From Bugula neritina (lineage: Eukaryota; Animalia; Bryozoa), in NCBI GenBank assembly GCA_964035545.1, contig OZ037765.1, positions 29,573,504 to 29,637,503 on the forward strand: a stretch of DNA of 64,000 nucleotides, read 5' to 3'. The first letter of the stretch is position 1. Each line of letters opens with the position of its first letter. Below are positions 41,136 through 54,741 of the stretch, in pieces. The notes under the pieces were generated by a model. The model made no database searches and was not told the origin of the DNA. It worked only from the letters and a program-made list of their open reading frames with translations. The position numbers and the translations under genes are program-made.

Positions 41136-43709
41136 TTGAGTTGATGTAAAGTAAAGTATAGCATACCTATGCTTGTGAATAATACCTACCTGTCTTTTTT
41201 CATGCCATTACATAATGTTATGTATCTAAATTGCAGTTTTTGTTTGTTTGCCAACAAGCTAATTTCAGCAGGCTTTGTTCTGTGTTAGTCAGCTTTTGAC
41301 TGTAATAAAGCTTTGTGCTCACACTACTTCCAACTCCCATCCAGCAAGTAATCAAAGCATTATTTATCCATAGTGTGAGATAAATAAATAATAATGTAGG
41401 GGAGAAAGAAGTTAACTGAACCAAAATTTCCATTTCTGAGCATAAGTTTTGAAAAAACTTATTGCTAATCTAAAGACCAGCACCATGGAAGTCAGTCATA
41501 TGTTGCTGTCTTTGTCTATTAAAACTTAATGCATAACATTTTACCCACTAATATAGAGCTAATATCTGACCTGTAAGCTTTTTTGCACAACTCGGACCTA
41601 GTTAGGGGGCAAGTTGAACCACCCTGTGTAAAAGTCGAGCCAATGCCATTTATCTTATGAATTTGCTTAACAATTTTGTGAGCTGCAAAACTATTTATTA
41701 GAGATTAACAATAAAAAGCATAAAACAAATCGGCATAAGCAAATAACAGAAAACTTTGATGTGATCTGTTATTGTAACCATTTAACATCTCAAAGATATA
41801 GGTAATACAGAAGACGCTTTAAAACTCAAGCAGCAGCAGCAAACTTGTAGGAAAGCATTGAAAAATTTTATTTTTGTCATTCTCCTAAAACTAGTTACAG
41901 ATATGAAGTGGGGTTCTCTCATATGACATCCGAAAATACATGGCATGGTTGAACATAACCAAATTTCTTAGAGGGCTGTTTGAGGGCTCTCAACAATGCC
42001 CCATGATTTATGCCACTGCCTTGCTTTTCCATATTACTTGCTGTAGTTATACATTCGTTATCTGTTCCTTTTGTTGTATGTAATTTTGCACCATTCTAAA
42101 AATATTTGCATAATATTTAGATCACACTGTTTACCTACATTTTCATTTGTTCTAGGACTAAATGTATGTTTTTATTTATATATTGACTGCAGAAGAATGT
42201 CAATTAAGAAAAAGACAAAGTTAAATGTAAAAATGGGTTTGCACAATTATAATGATTAACCAACAGTGAAAACAATTAGTTTGACAAGTTGTACCTGTTT
42301 CAACTCGCTTGCTTTTCCACTTGCTTTTCAACTAGCCCAACACTTTTATGATTTAAATTATTGCTGATATTTGCTGTGAATGAGATATATCTGCAACTTT
42401 GAAATCACGTTGACAATATTGTATGCTTGAATTTACTTGACTGCATGAGCTATTAATATTTGGGAAGCTATGCTACGTTTTTAAAAATAATTAGTTGGCT
42501 TATCTTTATGCCAGTAATCTCAAAAATTACTCACTCACCTGAAAACTTCTGCTTTGATATATTTCAAGTCTTCTGGTATGTAGTTCACCTAAAAAGCTCT
42601 TAAGTAAAGGAGGTAAACTAGTGCAATGATTTCAAGGGGAAAATTTAGAGCATGTGATTAAACTAGCCCGTGGCTCAACTTATAGCACTACTATCTCCTC
42701 TTCTACTGAAACATATGTCTATATAATATTATTTACAACAAAGTTACTGTAAACAAATTGCTTTGCTATTTGGTGCAACTAGACCAACCAAATCTATGTT
42801 TGAGCCTTTTGACAAAATAAATTGTGATTACTCAATAATTCCCCCCCCCCAGCATTGATAAAAACAAAATATCTAACAGAGAGTTTTATCAGAATCTATA
42901 TATTATAGCTTGCAAAGGACATATTAGTTCACAGAAAAATGTTGTTCGGCACATTGAAATAGAATAAACAATTTTGTTTCAGTGGTCTAGCTAGCATACT
43001 AGAATCCATAGTTAAAAAGAACAACTTCATTCTTAAATAATTGCACTGTTCAGCTTTTTTAGACTGGTAATCTCTCACCAATTGTGTCATAATTAAACAG
43101 TTTATACAAATTGTCCATGGTCAAGTGAGAATCAATTAAATAAAGATTTCTTTACCTTTTATCTGATATTTTCTAGAATTTTTATAACAATTTATAGCAT
43201 AAACAATTCTTTGTACTAACTCTGTGTAGTGTAGTAGTTCTCAAACAAGAGTGCTTAAGATATTAGGTCTAATAACTATGCATCATACAGTTAAGAAAGA
43301 CAACTCCATACTCATCGCAGCCTTATTAGACTGATAATCTGCCCTCCAGTTAGGGAATAATTGAACAGTTTATGCACATTATCTACAGTCAACTCACTGA
43401 ATAGAGCTTAGCTATAATTTGTACCTGGCATTCTCTATAATTACAAAAAAGATACTCTCTACTAACTACATGCATGCCATATCTGTTTCAATACAGATAT
43501 GAATAAACTAGAGGAGTAACTAAACTTCTAAAGGTTTATTATTGTAAAAGTTTATTAGACAGCCTATTATAAATCCTGCAAGTAAAAACAAAAAAGCTGT
43601 GTTTTCTAGAAAAATTTAATAGGAAATTGTTCGTAGCAACACCTACATGATGTGGTTTGAATGTATATGTAGATTACTGAGTAAGTGTAATCATGAAACG
43701 TTTGCTCAA

Positions 43710-46700
43710 TTATTTGGTGCAGACAACACAAGTTAGCTCAGCACTTTCAATATACGGTGGACAGTGTCCAGTAGAGCTGCAACTTGCTTTCTGAAAGTAG
43801 AATAAGGCACCATTCTCATTTCCTGATCTGCCAGCAATTGCTTCAGGTTCAGCATCCATACATTCGAAGGCATAAGCTCTATTTTGAGTGTAATGACCAG
43901 CCATTAAATAACCTTCATACTCCTAGAAATCGAAGACGTACACAAAGTTCATCATATGAGAGTGAACTGTAATAGTGATGTAATACATAACAAATCAAAA
44001 TGTATATTTACACTTTAAATTCATGTAGGAAATAGGAAGGTTTTCATTAATTGCATGTATTGAATTATTGAAATACAAAATTCAATTTCAATGATTGCAT
44101 GTATAAAAACTCAGTATTAGAACACTCTAATAAGTAATAATACACTACAGTGTTTAGGAATCATATCTTATAGTAGGTATCTACCATAACACATTCAAGG
44201 CAGACACTCAGAATCTAAATAACACTTTGCTTACTCTGAAGTTGTCTTACCTTTGTCCAAGATGGAGGACAAGTTCTCTTAGCTGGAATCATTAGAGTTG
44301 CTGATCTTGTTGCAGCAAAGCATCTTGCACAGGGAACATTGTGGTCGTGCATAGCATTGGGGAACATAGAGGAGCCAGTTTCATACTCTGCACCATATAC
44401 CCAGGAACCAATACCTGAATATGTTGAATATTCTGGTTTTAATGGTAGACATTGGTAGTTTGATGCTCCTCCTTCATGACCATGACTGGAACCAATGACA
44501 AAACCTGCAAATAGTAACAGTAAAGCACTAGAGTCTAGAAACTAGATCTGAGAGCATAAATAACACTGTTATGAGAGTTAAATCCAAAAGCTGTTTACAA
44601 GCAAATAAGAAAGAATAATGATTTATACACTGTTGTAAGCCTCTGAAATAAAAGTATATAATTGCAGAAATCTTTTACTATTAGGCACTCTGAATTAAGT
44701 TGCAACCAGAAAGGATTATGTACAGATAAGTGTCTATTAGTGGTGTTCTTCACCCGTAATTTTTGATGTAAGAAAACAGCCATATATACAGTCACACAAG
44801 TGACGGTTCATTCCTACTATTATTGATGATTAATAATGACAATCACAATTATTATCTATGAGTTTCCATTAATATTCTATTAATATTATAATGGCCTCAA
44901 TCTGAAAGGTCTCTCATTTCAGGAAAATGCAAACAATAATAAACTGAAAGAAATGTTTCAAATATCTGAATAGGAAAGATAAAAAACAAAAGCACATTTA
45001 ATATATATACTCATTAGTGAATATGACTTTACCTTCATATAATAATTGAGAGTTGTTCCCACATGTAGTTCTACCCCACCTCACATAAGTTGACCCTCCA
45101 ATGACAGTTGCGATTAGTTGATTATTACTTACATCATCATCATCTGAAATATATATTTAATGGTTTTCATTGGGAACCAGACATAATGTAGAGTGTTATA
45201 TAGATTCCACTTTATAATTGCTGTTGTAGCACCTTTTTCTTTGCCTCATTAAATGCCGCAGCATAAATCTTTTAGAGCTCTTTGCAAATAAAAACTAGAC
45301 AGCCATATTGCAGCATGCATAATTTTTGTAAATTAGTCAACAACACTTCAGTTACAATTATTATCTAAATGGTATGAAGAAGTAGTAGAAAAAATTGTGA
45401 AATGGTTGCATATTCAACTTATTTTTGTTCACACACACGCACACAGATCATATCATTATAAAGAAAGAATACCTTTGAGAGAAGTGGACTGATGACTGTC
45501 AAGTTCTTCCTCAATACCCTCCAGTTTAGCTAAAGTTGCCTGCATTTTCCTCAACAGTGCAAAACCAATGGATTCATTGAAACTCTGCAGCAAGTCATCT
45601 GTAAACCAAATGCAGCAGCTAAGATTGGTAATAAAATATATATTTTGATGTTAGAAGATATAGTGTAAAAAAAGAACATTTATCTCTCCAAGCCTGCAGA
45701 ACCTCTGAACATAAACTCACATAAGGCACAGTAACTGCACTTGTTCATATTACTAGTAGTGTACTGCATGTTCTCTACATATTATAGTGTGATCACATTA
45801 CACAGCTACAAAAAATATGCACTGACTATATTATATTGTAAAGTGAAATGTGTAAACTCTAGGTTATCTATATTGAATGTCCTTCCGAACATGATTATAT
45901 TAGGCTGACTTTACATGTAAATGGAGAAAAAAAACTATATATTATAAGACCTTTTCCGGCTTATGAATGACATAGAAACGCGACAGTAAAGTTTATACTT
46001 CACCTGTATCATAAGATCCCAATGAACTTCTACCAGTAGTAGTGCCAGCAACAGATAAAGTCTCACCACTCTTCTTAGGTTCATTGAAAACTACTTCTAC
46101 AAGCTTTTCTAATTCATCTGAATCACAATCCCTTCCATCTCTTCCATCTCTACCATCTCTTCCTGGAGGTCCTCTTAGTAAGGAAAGATCCTCTGTAAAC
46201 ATGTGAATATTATATTGAGTTTACCAACCTGTGTTAGACAATGTGCTCTATAATAAAAAACATATCATATTTTACTCTAACTTAAATATTCTACACTATG
46301 ACCAGGGACAGTAAGAGTGTATTGGTAACCATTACTTTTCACAATAGAAAAATAATGTTGCAATGTATCTAAGAATTTTTTCATTTATACTAAAGTATTT
46401 TTGTAAATAGTTTTATAAAACAATACAGGCTTAATTTTGTGAAAAATAGAGATACACTAATTTTTAATTATGTCTCAGCTTTCAACTGAAATAGCAACAC
46501 TATGACTATGAGATGAATTGTTTTTGTGTGGTACACTACTGCATATAATATGACATTAAAATAAGAGTGAACCTATTTTATAAAGTTAAATGATAATTTG
46601 ATGCAGCTTCATTTTGCAGATTGTCTTGATTTCCTAAAATCTAAATGACAGAAATAATTATACATGTACAATTACTACACTTCAAAAGGTGAGCTGTATA

Positions 46701-47669
46701 TTGGTGCATTTACTACTACATGAAATACCAATGAGAAAATTTTAAATATCGAGCAATAGAAGCAGCAGAAATGAAAATAGTACTAACAAACTTGTACAAT
46801 AATAAGTTATTTGTTTTTACAATTAAGTGATGAGAAAAATAAGTGTAGTTGAAAAAACATCCTAAAAGAACTCCTGTAGGAGCAAGTCTCATAGAAGAAG
46901 CCACGTTCTTGCAACACTTTCAACCCAAACATTTATAGACAATCAAAAAGTTTAGTTATTAGTATATTAAAACTTCTTCCATCTTAATGCTATACTCCTA
47001 ATTGAAAAGACTTTTGGATATTGGTGTGTTGCACGTACTCCTTATTTTACACAGTAGCAAACCAAATCAAATATTTTGTTTTATTTTTTGATTTTTTGAC
47101 AAATAAAAGAAATCCTTCTGCAAAATATTTAACGAAGTGAGGTTCTCAAATGTGGCATACTTCAAACACTATATAAATTATCAGGTAAAAAATGTTTATA
47201 ATTACATGCTTTAAAATTTCTACTCTGTGTTATGAAAAACTAAATGAAACTTACGTGGTGTGAGCTGAGTAAGAACATCTTCAAGGTCAGCTGCACTGTT
47301 GGCACTTCTTTTGCTAAGTGAATGCACTGGTGCTGCCTAGAAATACATATATAAGATGGTTCAAACAACAAGGCAGCTATATAAACTAAATTCATTAACA
47401 TAATGACTACATTGGATGCAAACTGAGTTATAATTTATAGCCAATGAATCTATAAATACAAGCTGGACCTGTGAATTTAAAGATTGGATGATTGAGTTGA
47501 GAAGCCGCTGTTCTTCTTCAATTTCTACCAATCTCACTCCAATGTAGCAAGTTAGACTGAGAGCCACCACAGAGAGGATCAACGCCAAAGCTGTAACTGT
47601 GGGTGTTACCCAGTTCCTCCCTGTTTTCTGCTTGTGTAAAGCTGTGAAATCAAGTCCCTCTGCCTCCAT
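43710..47669 (-). CDS. Cluster gene D: type II membrane short-chain collagen C4-like protein, 391 aa
   Basis: complement(join(43710..43922,44251..44504,45033..45143,45473..45598,46004..46192,47255..47336,47469..47669)) = 1176 nt, in frame. Confidence 0.92.
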
Positions 47670-48091
47670 GACTGCTCTGAATATTTATGAGACTCTGCGG
47701 TATTGGACATGAGTTTATATATCTCTTGACTATAGTTATTATAATTCATAGAACAGTTAATCCTTTTTTAATTCCAAGTCTTTCAGGTTCTTTGAAGATT
47801 TGATGATGGGAATTTTATTGTCATTGCATGAAAAGACATTATGATAAGATATTGGATGACATTTTCAATTAGTTACTATTACATAATGAAGCTTGACAGT
47901 CCACAAATTTAATGCTGAAAATTACAAAGTAAATTTCTAGCCTTTCACAATAGTTGACTGACTAACTTTCAATTTATAAGTTAAACAAAAACTACATTTT
48001 TAGACTAATAATAATTTCTTTTTGTTTTGCCAATTGGCAAAAACAGCTTAAGATCAAAATATTTTGACATAACAAAATTGGGAAACTCATC

Positions 48092-48550
48092 GGTTTCATC
48101 CCACTTAGACGGTTTCCACTTGGACGCTTCCCAGTTGGACAATATTTTTTTACTTTGGTGCCTTATAATTTTATAGATTCATACCTATGTAACTGTTGCA
48201 TTCATTGCTAAATAGCTAAAATGCTAATAGCTATAATAGCTAGCATGAATTATCTGGAATGATATTCTTATTCTCATAGATTTGTGTGAGACAAAAAAAT
48301 AGTAATATATTAACAATAAACATTATCTTTAATTAATGAATACTCATTAAACAAGAAGCAAAAATATGTAAAATTAATATGTTAATGCAGATCAAAGAGA
48401 TTTATTTATGCAGTGCTCAATATAATATGCGCTTTATTTAAATATACATATATATTTGAATAATATTCAAATAAATTGCACATACAATATATATTGTACC
48501 AATATAAATAAATAACATCTAACTGGGAAGCGTCTATCTGGGATGACACC
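48092..48550. mobile_element. MITE with GG..CC termini and 8-bp TSD (Merlin-like)
   Basis: GGTTTCATCCCA...TGGGATGACACC with subterminal GACGCTTCCCAGTT / AACTGGGAAGCGTC. AACTCATC is duplicated at 48084-48091 and 48551-48558. Confidence 0.75.
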
Positions 48551-49319
48551 AACTCATCATTGCTGAATATCTGGTCAAGTGATTAAACTGCATTAAATAC
48601 AGATCTTTCATTTTCCCTTTGAGAGTGTTTTTAGTTATGTCAACTTCTTCAGCTATTTTGGTTGTGGTGCATCCTACAGTCAACCTCCAACAACTAAATT
48701 ATTTTTCAAATAGTTTCTTTGATCTACCTCTTTAAAATATAATGTACATCACATATATGTACCTGTTTATAGGTTGATTCATTCAAAGACTATAATCTAA
48801 TTATGTATAGTCTTGCCAATGTCAACAAAATAACCATGTGATGAAATATTCAAACAATCTGAAACACTTGGCTTAGAAAGACCATAACTGCTACACATAA
48901 AATATAATAAAATCAAACAAGGAAACACAAATTGTTCTGGAAGGTATTTTCTCTTTAAAATATAATATCTTTAATAGATCTGTCTGTACTATGTGTTTGT
49001 AAACAGCAGTAAGTTGAATATATCGCTATTCCACAATTCTTTGTAATACTTCTTCATGCTATTTATAGATAATAATTGTAATTATAGCGGCTTGGCTGTG
49101 ATTTACAACAGCATCTCATGCAGTCATTTACAAAAGATTTCTAAGACAAAGGAAATTATGATGCTAAGAGCAATACATTTTTTTTTAGTTTCAAACAATC
49201 TGTAGACTGTATAACACTTGGCATTATAGTGATTTGGTTCTTATTTATAAAACTGGGATGTTAGTTCTTTTACAGTAAAGACTATCTTACATACATATTA
49301 TATGACATGTATATTTCAG

Positions 49320-50400
49320 ATGATGATGTAAGTGATAGTCAACCAATCACAACTGTTATTGGAGGGTCAACTTATGTGAGGTGGGGTAGGATTACATGTG
49401 GGAACAACTCTCAATTATTATATGAAGGTTGAATCATACTCTTTAAACATTATATAATGTATTGAATGTGTTTTACTTTTGCATCTTTTACACTTATATA
49501 TTAAAGAAATTTTCTCTCAGTTTTTTTGTATATATTTTCCTAAAATGGAAGATTTTACAGATGGAGCCATATGGATAATATGGTATTAATAGAAGGAATG
49601 AACCGTCACATGTGTGACTGTATATGTGTGGTTGTTTTCTTACATCAAACATGGCAGTGTGAAGGACACCATTAGTAGATACTCATAATCCTTTCCTTAT
49701 ATGCAATGACAATGTATATTTCAGATGATGATGATGTAAGCGATAGTCAACCAATCTCAACTGTCATTGGAGGGTCAACTTATGTGAGGTGGGGTAGGAT
49801 TACATGTGGGAACAACTCTCAATTATTATATAAAGGTTGAATAATACTCATTAATAATTATATGTATTAAATGTGCTTTAGTTTTTCATCTTTTACATTT
49901 GTATATTTAAAAAAAAATTCTTCGTTGGATGTTTTCCTAAAATGGAAGACCTTCCATGGAGCCATATAATATAGACAATATGGTGCTAATAGAATGAATG
50001 CACAGTCACATGTGTGACTGTATTTGCAGCTGTTTTCTTACATAAAACATGACCACCTGAAAAGTACCACTAATTACTTATCTGTATAATAATAATCTTT
50101 TCTGGTTTCTTTCTCCTTCCAGAGTTCGGAATAGTAAGAAATTTCTGCAATTACTTTTATTTCAGAGGCTTACAACAGTGTATCCATCATTATTTCTTTC
50201 CATTTGCTTTGGGATATAACTCTCATAACCATGCTATTCATACTGTTAAATCTAATATTAATGGGTAATGTGCTGTTACTACTCACAGGTTTTGTTATGG
50301 GTTCCCACTATATTCATGAAGGAGGAGCATCAAACTACCAATGTTTACGATTAAGGCCAGAATATTCAACATACTCTGGCATAGTACTATAGTTCCTTGG
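49320..50400 (+). pseudogene. Cluster pseudogene: two tandem exon-5 copies and an internally deleted exon 6
   Basis: Exon 5 at 49320..49427 and 49725..49835. Exon 6 from 50289 reaches a stop at 50390-50392 and jumps to intron-6-like sequence. No exons 1-4 or 7. Confidence 0.85.
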
Positions 50401-51203
50401 TAAGGCGAGACAACTTTAAAATCAGCAAAGTATTATATTATAAACTAATTGACATATATCTCAGTACTATATTTTCAAATGATTTTTATTTCTAAAACAT
50501 TTATATATAAAATGAATTGTACCAAAACTGCTGTAAAGCCAGTTTACTTTGCTATTTGATGCAACTAGAGCAATAAAATCTATATTCCAATCATTTGGCA
50601 AAATATTATATGATTATTCAGTGATTGACCCCTCACCCCGAAAGCCTTAATAAAAGCATATTGTGCAGAGACTATCTAGAGCTGGCAATTAACATAACAT
50701 TGTTTGGCTTATTAGAGCCTATGGTTAAGAAAGACAACCCCAGTTGTATAGCAATGCACTGTTCAGCCAATATTAAACTGGTAATCTGCCCTCCAGTTAG
50801 ATAATAATTGAACAGTTGATACAAATTTTCTATAGCCAAGTCACTGAATAGAGCTTAGCTATAGTCTGTATAACCTGACATTTTTAGACTCTTATAGAGT
50901 GTGTGAAACAGCTTGTAACATAAGAGATACTGTAGTACTAGCTCCATATTGTATTTTTCAAAGTAAGGTAAGTCTATATGAATGAACTATAGAGCAGTAA
51001 CTAAACTTTCAGAGGTTTGTTATTGCAAGCATTACATAGATGAAATAGTCTAAATATTGCAAATAAAAACAGAAAATATGTATTTTTAGAAAGATAAAAG
51101 CAGTAATCAACAAGAAATTGTTTGTTGCCACATCTACACTTTGTGGTTCGAATGTATCTGTAGGTGACTGAGTAAGCAGTGTAAATATGAAGTTTTGACT
51201 TAA

Positions 51204-52618
51204 TTATTTGGTACAGACAACACAAGTTAGCTCAGCATTTTCAATATACGGTGGACAGTGTCCAGTAGAGCTGCAACTTGCGTCTTAGAACACTCTAATA
51301 TGCTAATAATAATATGTTAGGGAATCATAATTTAAAGTGGATTTTAAGGCAAACATGAACAATTTAAAAACACTTTGTTTACTCTAAAGTTGTCTTACCT
51401 TTGTTCATATGGAGGACAAGTTCTCTTAGCTGGAATCATTAGAATTGCTGATCTCGTTGCAGCAAAGCATCTTGCACAGGGAACATTGTGATCCTGCATA
51501 GCATTGGGGAATACAGAAGATCCAGTTTCATATTCTGCACCGTACACCCAGGAACCACTAAGTGCATAAGTTGAATATTCTGGATTCAAAGGCAAACATT
51601 GGTAGTTTGATGCACCTCCTTCATGATTATGGTGGGAACCAATAACAAAACCTGTGAATAATAACAGTATAGCACCACAAAGGAGACTTGAGAGCATCAA
51701 TCATATGGTAGTATGAGAGTTAAATCCAAGAGCATTAATAAGCAAGGGGGAAGAATAATGATTTATAGACTATTGCACGCCTATGGAATGAATAGGGGAA
51801 TTTCCAACTAATTTGGCACTCCATATAGTAGCAATCTAAAGAGATATACAGATGAGTGGCTACTATAGTGGCCTGTCTACTGTTTTCACTCCGATTTTGA
51901 TTCTTCTAATATTCAAGACTGTGAAAAAAAGTTCTGTTTGTCAGAATAAACTAGAAATTGATGTGAATTATATAAGAACACTATAGGATGTCTACATACT
52001 AAAGATTACGATCCTAGATGCTACAAAAAAAATGTTGCTGTTTAGAGAATAACAGACATATTTGAAAAGCAATGCACCCGCCTACCTGTCAATTTTCAGT
52101 CACAATTTTTTTGAAAGATAGGTGTAAAACATTTCCAAAAACTATTTTGAATATCTTAATCTTAAATTACTCAAATAATTACATACTTAAAACTTCATGA
52201 TGCTCCCTTGAAAATTTGCCAACCCCTGTGTATCCACCCATTTTAAGCGAGAACCCCCCCTCTCCCCATAAATTATAGTAAGAATATACCAGGAAACACA
52301 TTATTTCATTTCTCTCAAATTAGATAGTTTTTCTTCAAATGCATATATGATAGTTACTAATATATCTGTCTATAGTCTATACATTATGTGTAAACAGCAG
52401 TAAATTGAATGTATTACTATACGTATTTCACAATTATTTCTATTCTATACTTCTTCATACTATTTGACTAATAGTTGCAACAGAAGTTTTACTAAGAAGT
52501 ATGATTTAATCTTCATATAATAATTGAGAGTTGTTCCCACATGTAGTTCTACCCTACCTCACATAAGTTGACCTTCCAATGACAGTTGTGATTGGTTGTC
52601 TATCACTTACATCATCAT
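51204..52618 (-). pseudogene. Cluster pseudogene: exon 5 (stop, lost donor), exon 6 (1-nt deletion), 3' part of exon 7
   Basis: Exon 5 at 52511..52618 with TGG>TAG and GT>AT donor; exon 6 at 51399..51651 (253 nt); exon 7 remnant at 51204..51281. Confidence 0.88.
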
Positions 52619-52729
52619 CTGAAATATACATGTCATTGTATATAAGATAGCTCGCTTAAGATAATATCCCAGCATGTGGTAAATTTACTACAAATAAGAA
52701 CCAAGTCACTGTAGTGTAGAGTGTTACAT

Positions 52730-53339
52730 GTCTTTCCATGGATCCATCTCTCTGAGATTGATCCATGGAAAGATGCCAAATTGATCTGAGACATAGAAAC
52801 ATAATTGCTTGCTAAAATTTTGTCTGCTAATAAAAATGATAACTTATTGTTAATTACTAAGCAAAGTACTTAATAATTACAATAAGTACAATGATTAAAA
52901 AACTCAATTATATAAAAGGTATGAAATATGGGAGCATTTAAATTCAATTTAAGTGACTAGTAAAACTTACTTTCATTAGTTATTTGCTGCGTTGTTTCAA
53001 GCTAGCCTAACAATCCTGTAAGTTTATGAATAGCCTGCAAGACAGCCATAAACTTTATATAAGCTGTCAAGCTAGAAAATTAGGAGTAATTATCCTAAAT
53101 TGGCCAAATTACTTTACACTAAAAGCTTTGCTGCGTATAGTTTATAGCTGGTGTTAATTTCTAGGCTGCAACAATCTTGTTTTTTAATCGCAGTAGCTTT
53201 AATCACTCAGATGGGTGAACAAATTATACTATTAAAGTACCCTTCATTTAAGAGGAGGCAACTCCTCGAGATCTATCTGACGCTCTCGTGGAAAAATGAT
53301 TTGAGCCTATTTCTCAAATCAATCGATCCATAGAAAGAC
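52730..53339. mobile_element. MITE with GTCTTTCCATGGATC terminal inverted repeats
   Basis: The left end itself forms a hairpin; the right end is GATCCATAGAAAGAC. Related to 17701-17756. Confidence 0.6.
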
Positions 53340-54040
53340 GGTGATTGATTTTACAAGAACTTTGTAATTGCTGCTAGAGCACCGTTTCCTTCACCTGATC
53401 AACTTCATGAAATACTGCAGACAACGGTAACGTCTCAAGTACCACTAGCTGTCCTATAACATAACTATATATCATGTGTATTCATGACTGAGCCTATACA
53501 TAAGTTCAAATTGCATATTCCCAAAAAGGTAATTAATTATCAAATACAAAAACTGATATACCAGTTTTTTATAAACTCCGTTACACTAAATGCCTTGTAG
53601 CTCTTATAAGAAAAGCTACATACAGTATAAATATACCTACTAGTACGATTACACATCACATAACTACTTAAAATGTGCACTTAAAATGGCACACACTTGA
53701 CAGGAGAAGAGTGATCAGTGGCAAAGCCAAGTCTAGACAGACTGATCCCCTTATTTGTTGTAGGATCTCACCACCAACCTCCAGAGGTCTAGTCTCACCC
53801 ATGCACTGGGCAGTTTAGGCGCTGACCACAATTGACCAATGAATTAGGTTGTACCAGATTTCAAGGTGATCCGGTAGCAAATACTTTATCGGACCGGACT
53901 ATGCATAGCCTTGACTATAGTTATAGTAAACTATGTGAATTCTATACATTGAATATCTTTACTACTGTTAGTATACAGTTTAATGCAATACTTTTCCAAA
54001 GGTTTTTTTTTTTCAAAGTATTGACAGCATAAATATTATG

Positions 54041-54146
54041 TTCTCTTTCAGTTTTTACCAATGTAACTCCAACGTAGCAAGTTGGGCTGAAAGTCACCAT
54101 GCACAAAGAAGACCAACACTAAAGCTGTAACTGTGGGTGTTACCCC
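54041..54146 (-). pseudogene. Degraded remnant of cluster exon 1 (TM-coding part)
   Basis: CTCCAACGTAGCAAGTT...AAAGCTGTAACTGTGGGTGTTACCC aligns to gene D exon 1 (47511-47611). Confidence 0.7.
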
Positions 54147-54741
54147 GTTACACCCTGTTTAGAGAGTCAATCATGGGCGGTCATAACTGATATTGACAAG
54201 ACAATGTAAGCAGATAATTGCTTTGTCAAATAACTACTATTACAACTATATATCAGTTTGACAGCCAAAATGTTTACTTAGTTTAATGCTGAAAATTTTC
54301 TGTGTAACTTACCAGCTTCTCAAAATAATCAGAGAATATTTTACAATGTTATTAAAGCATGTAACATTTTCGGATTGTCACTGATTGCTGATGGCATGAC
54401 CTTCACTCTTTATTTGAACTAATTTTGCTATTACAGCAGCATAGACTATTAGGATTCCCAATAAAATTGATAAAGCAGAAAGTTTTTATCAGTTTGAAAA
54501 ATGTGGTTATCATGTTTATTAATTTTGTAAATTATTCTCCAATCATTGTGCACAATCAAATAATTTATTCCAACGGTCTGCAGGATTAAAACAATTTTCA
54601 GCTTGCTAGTGAATCTCTAAACAATCTTAAATACTTGGCATATAAGCAGCAATAATTTTTTTGTAACTTAAGGAAAGTTTTATAAGGGATATATAAACTC
54701 CTGTCTAACACCTCAGAGTATCATAAATGTTCAGAGCAGTC

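Noticed and set aside
41590-42690. Possible pogo/Tigger-like element between C and D
   Set aside because: Only weak terminal similarity (GGGGCAAGTTGAACCA / TGGCTCAACT); I could not define TIRs or a TSD.
53690-53910. Possible minus-strand SINE
   Set aside because: GC-richer island, but Pol III boxes are not convincing and there is no second copy in the window.
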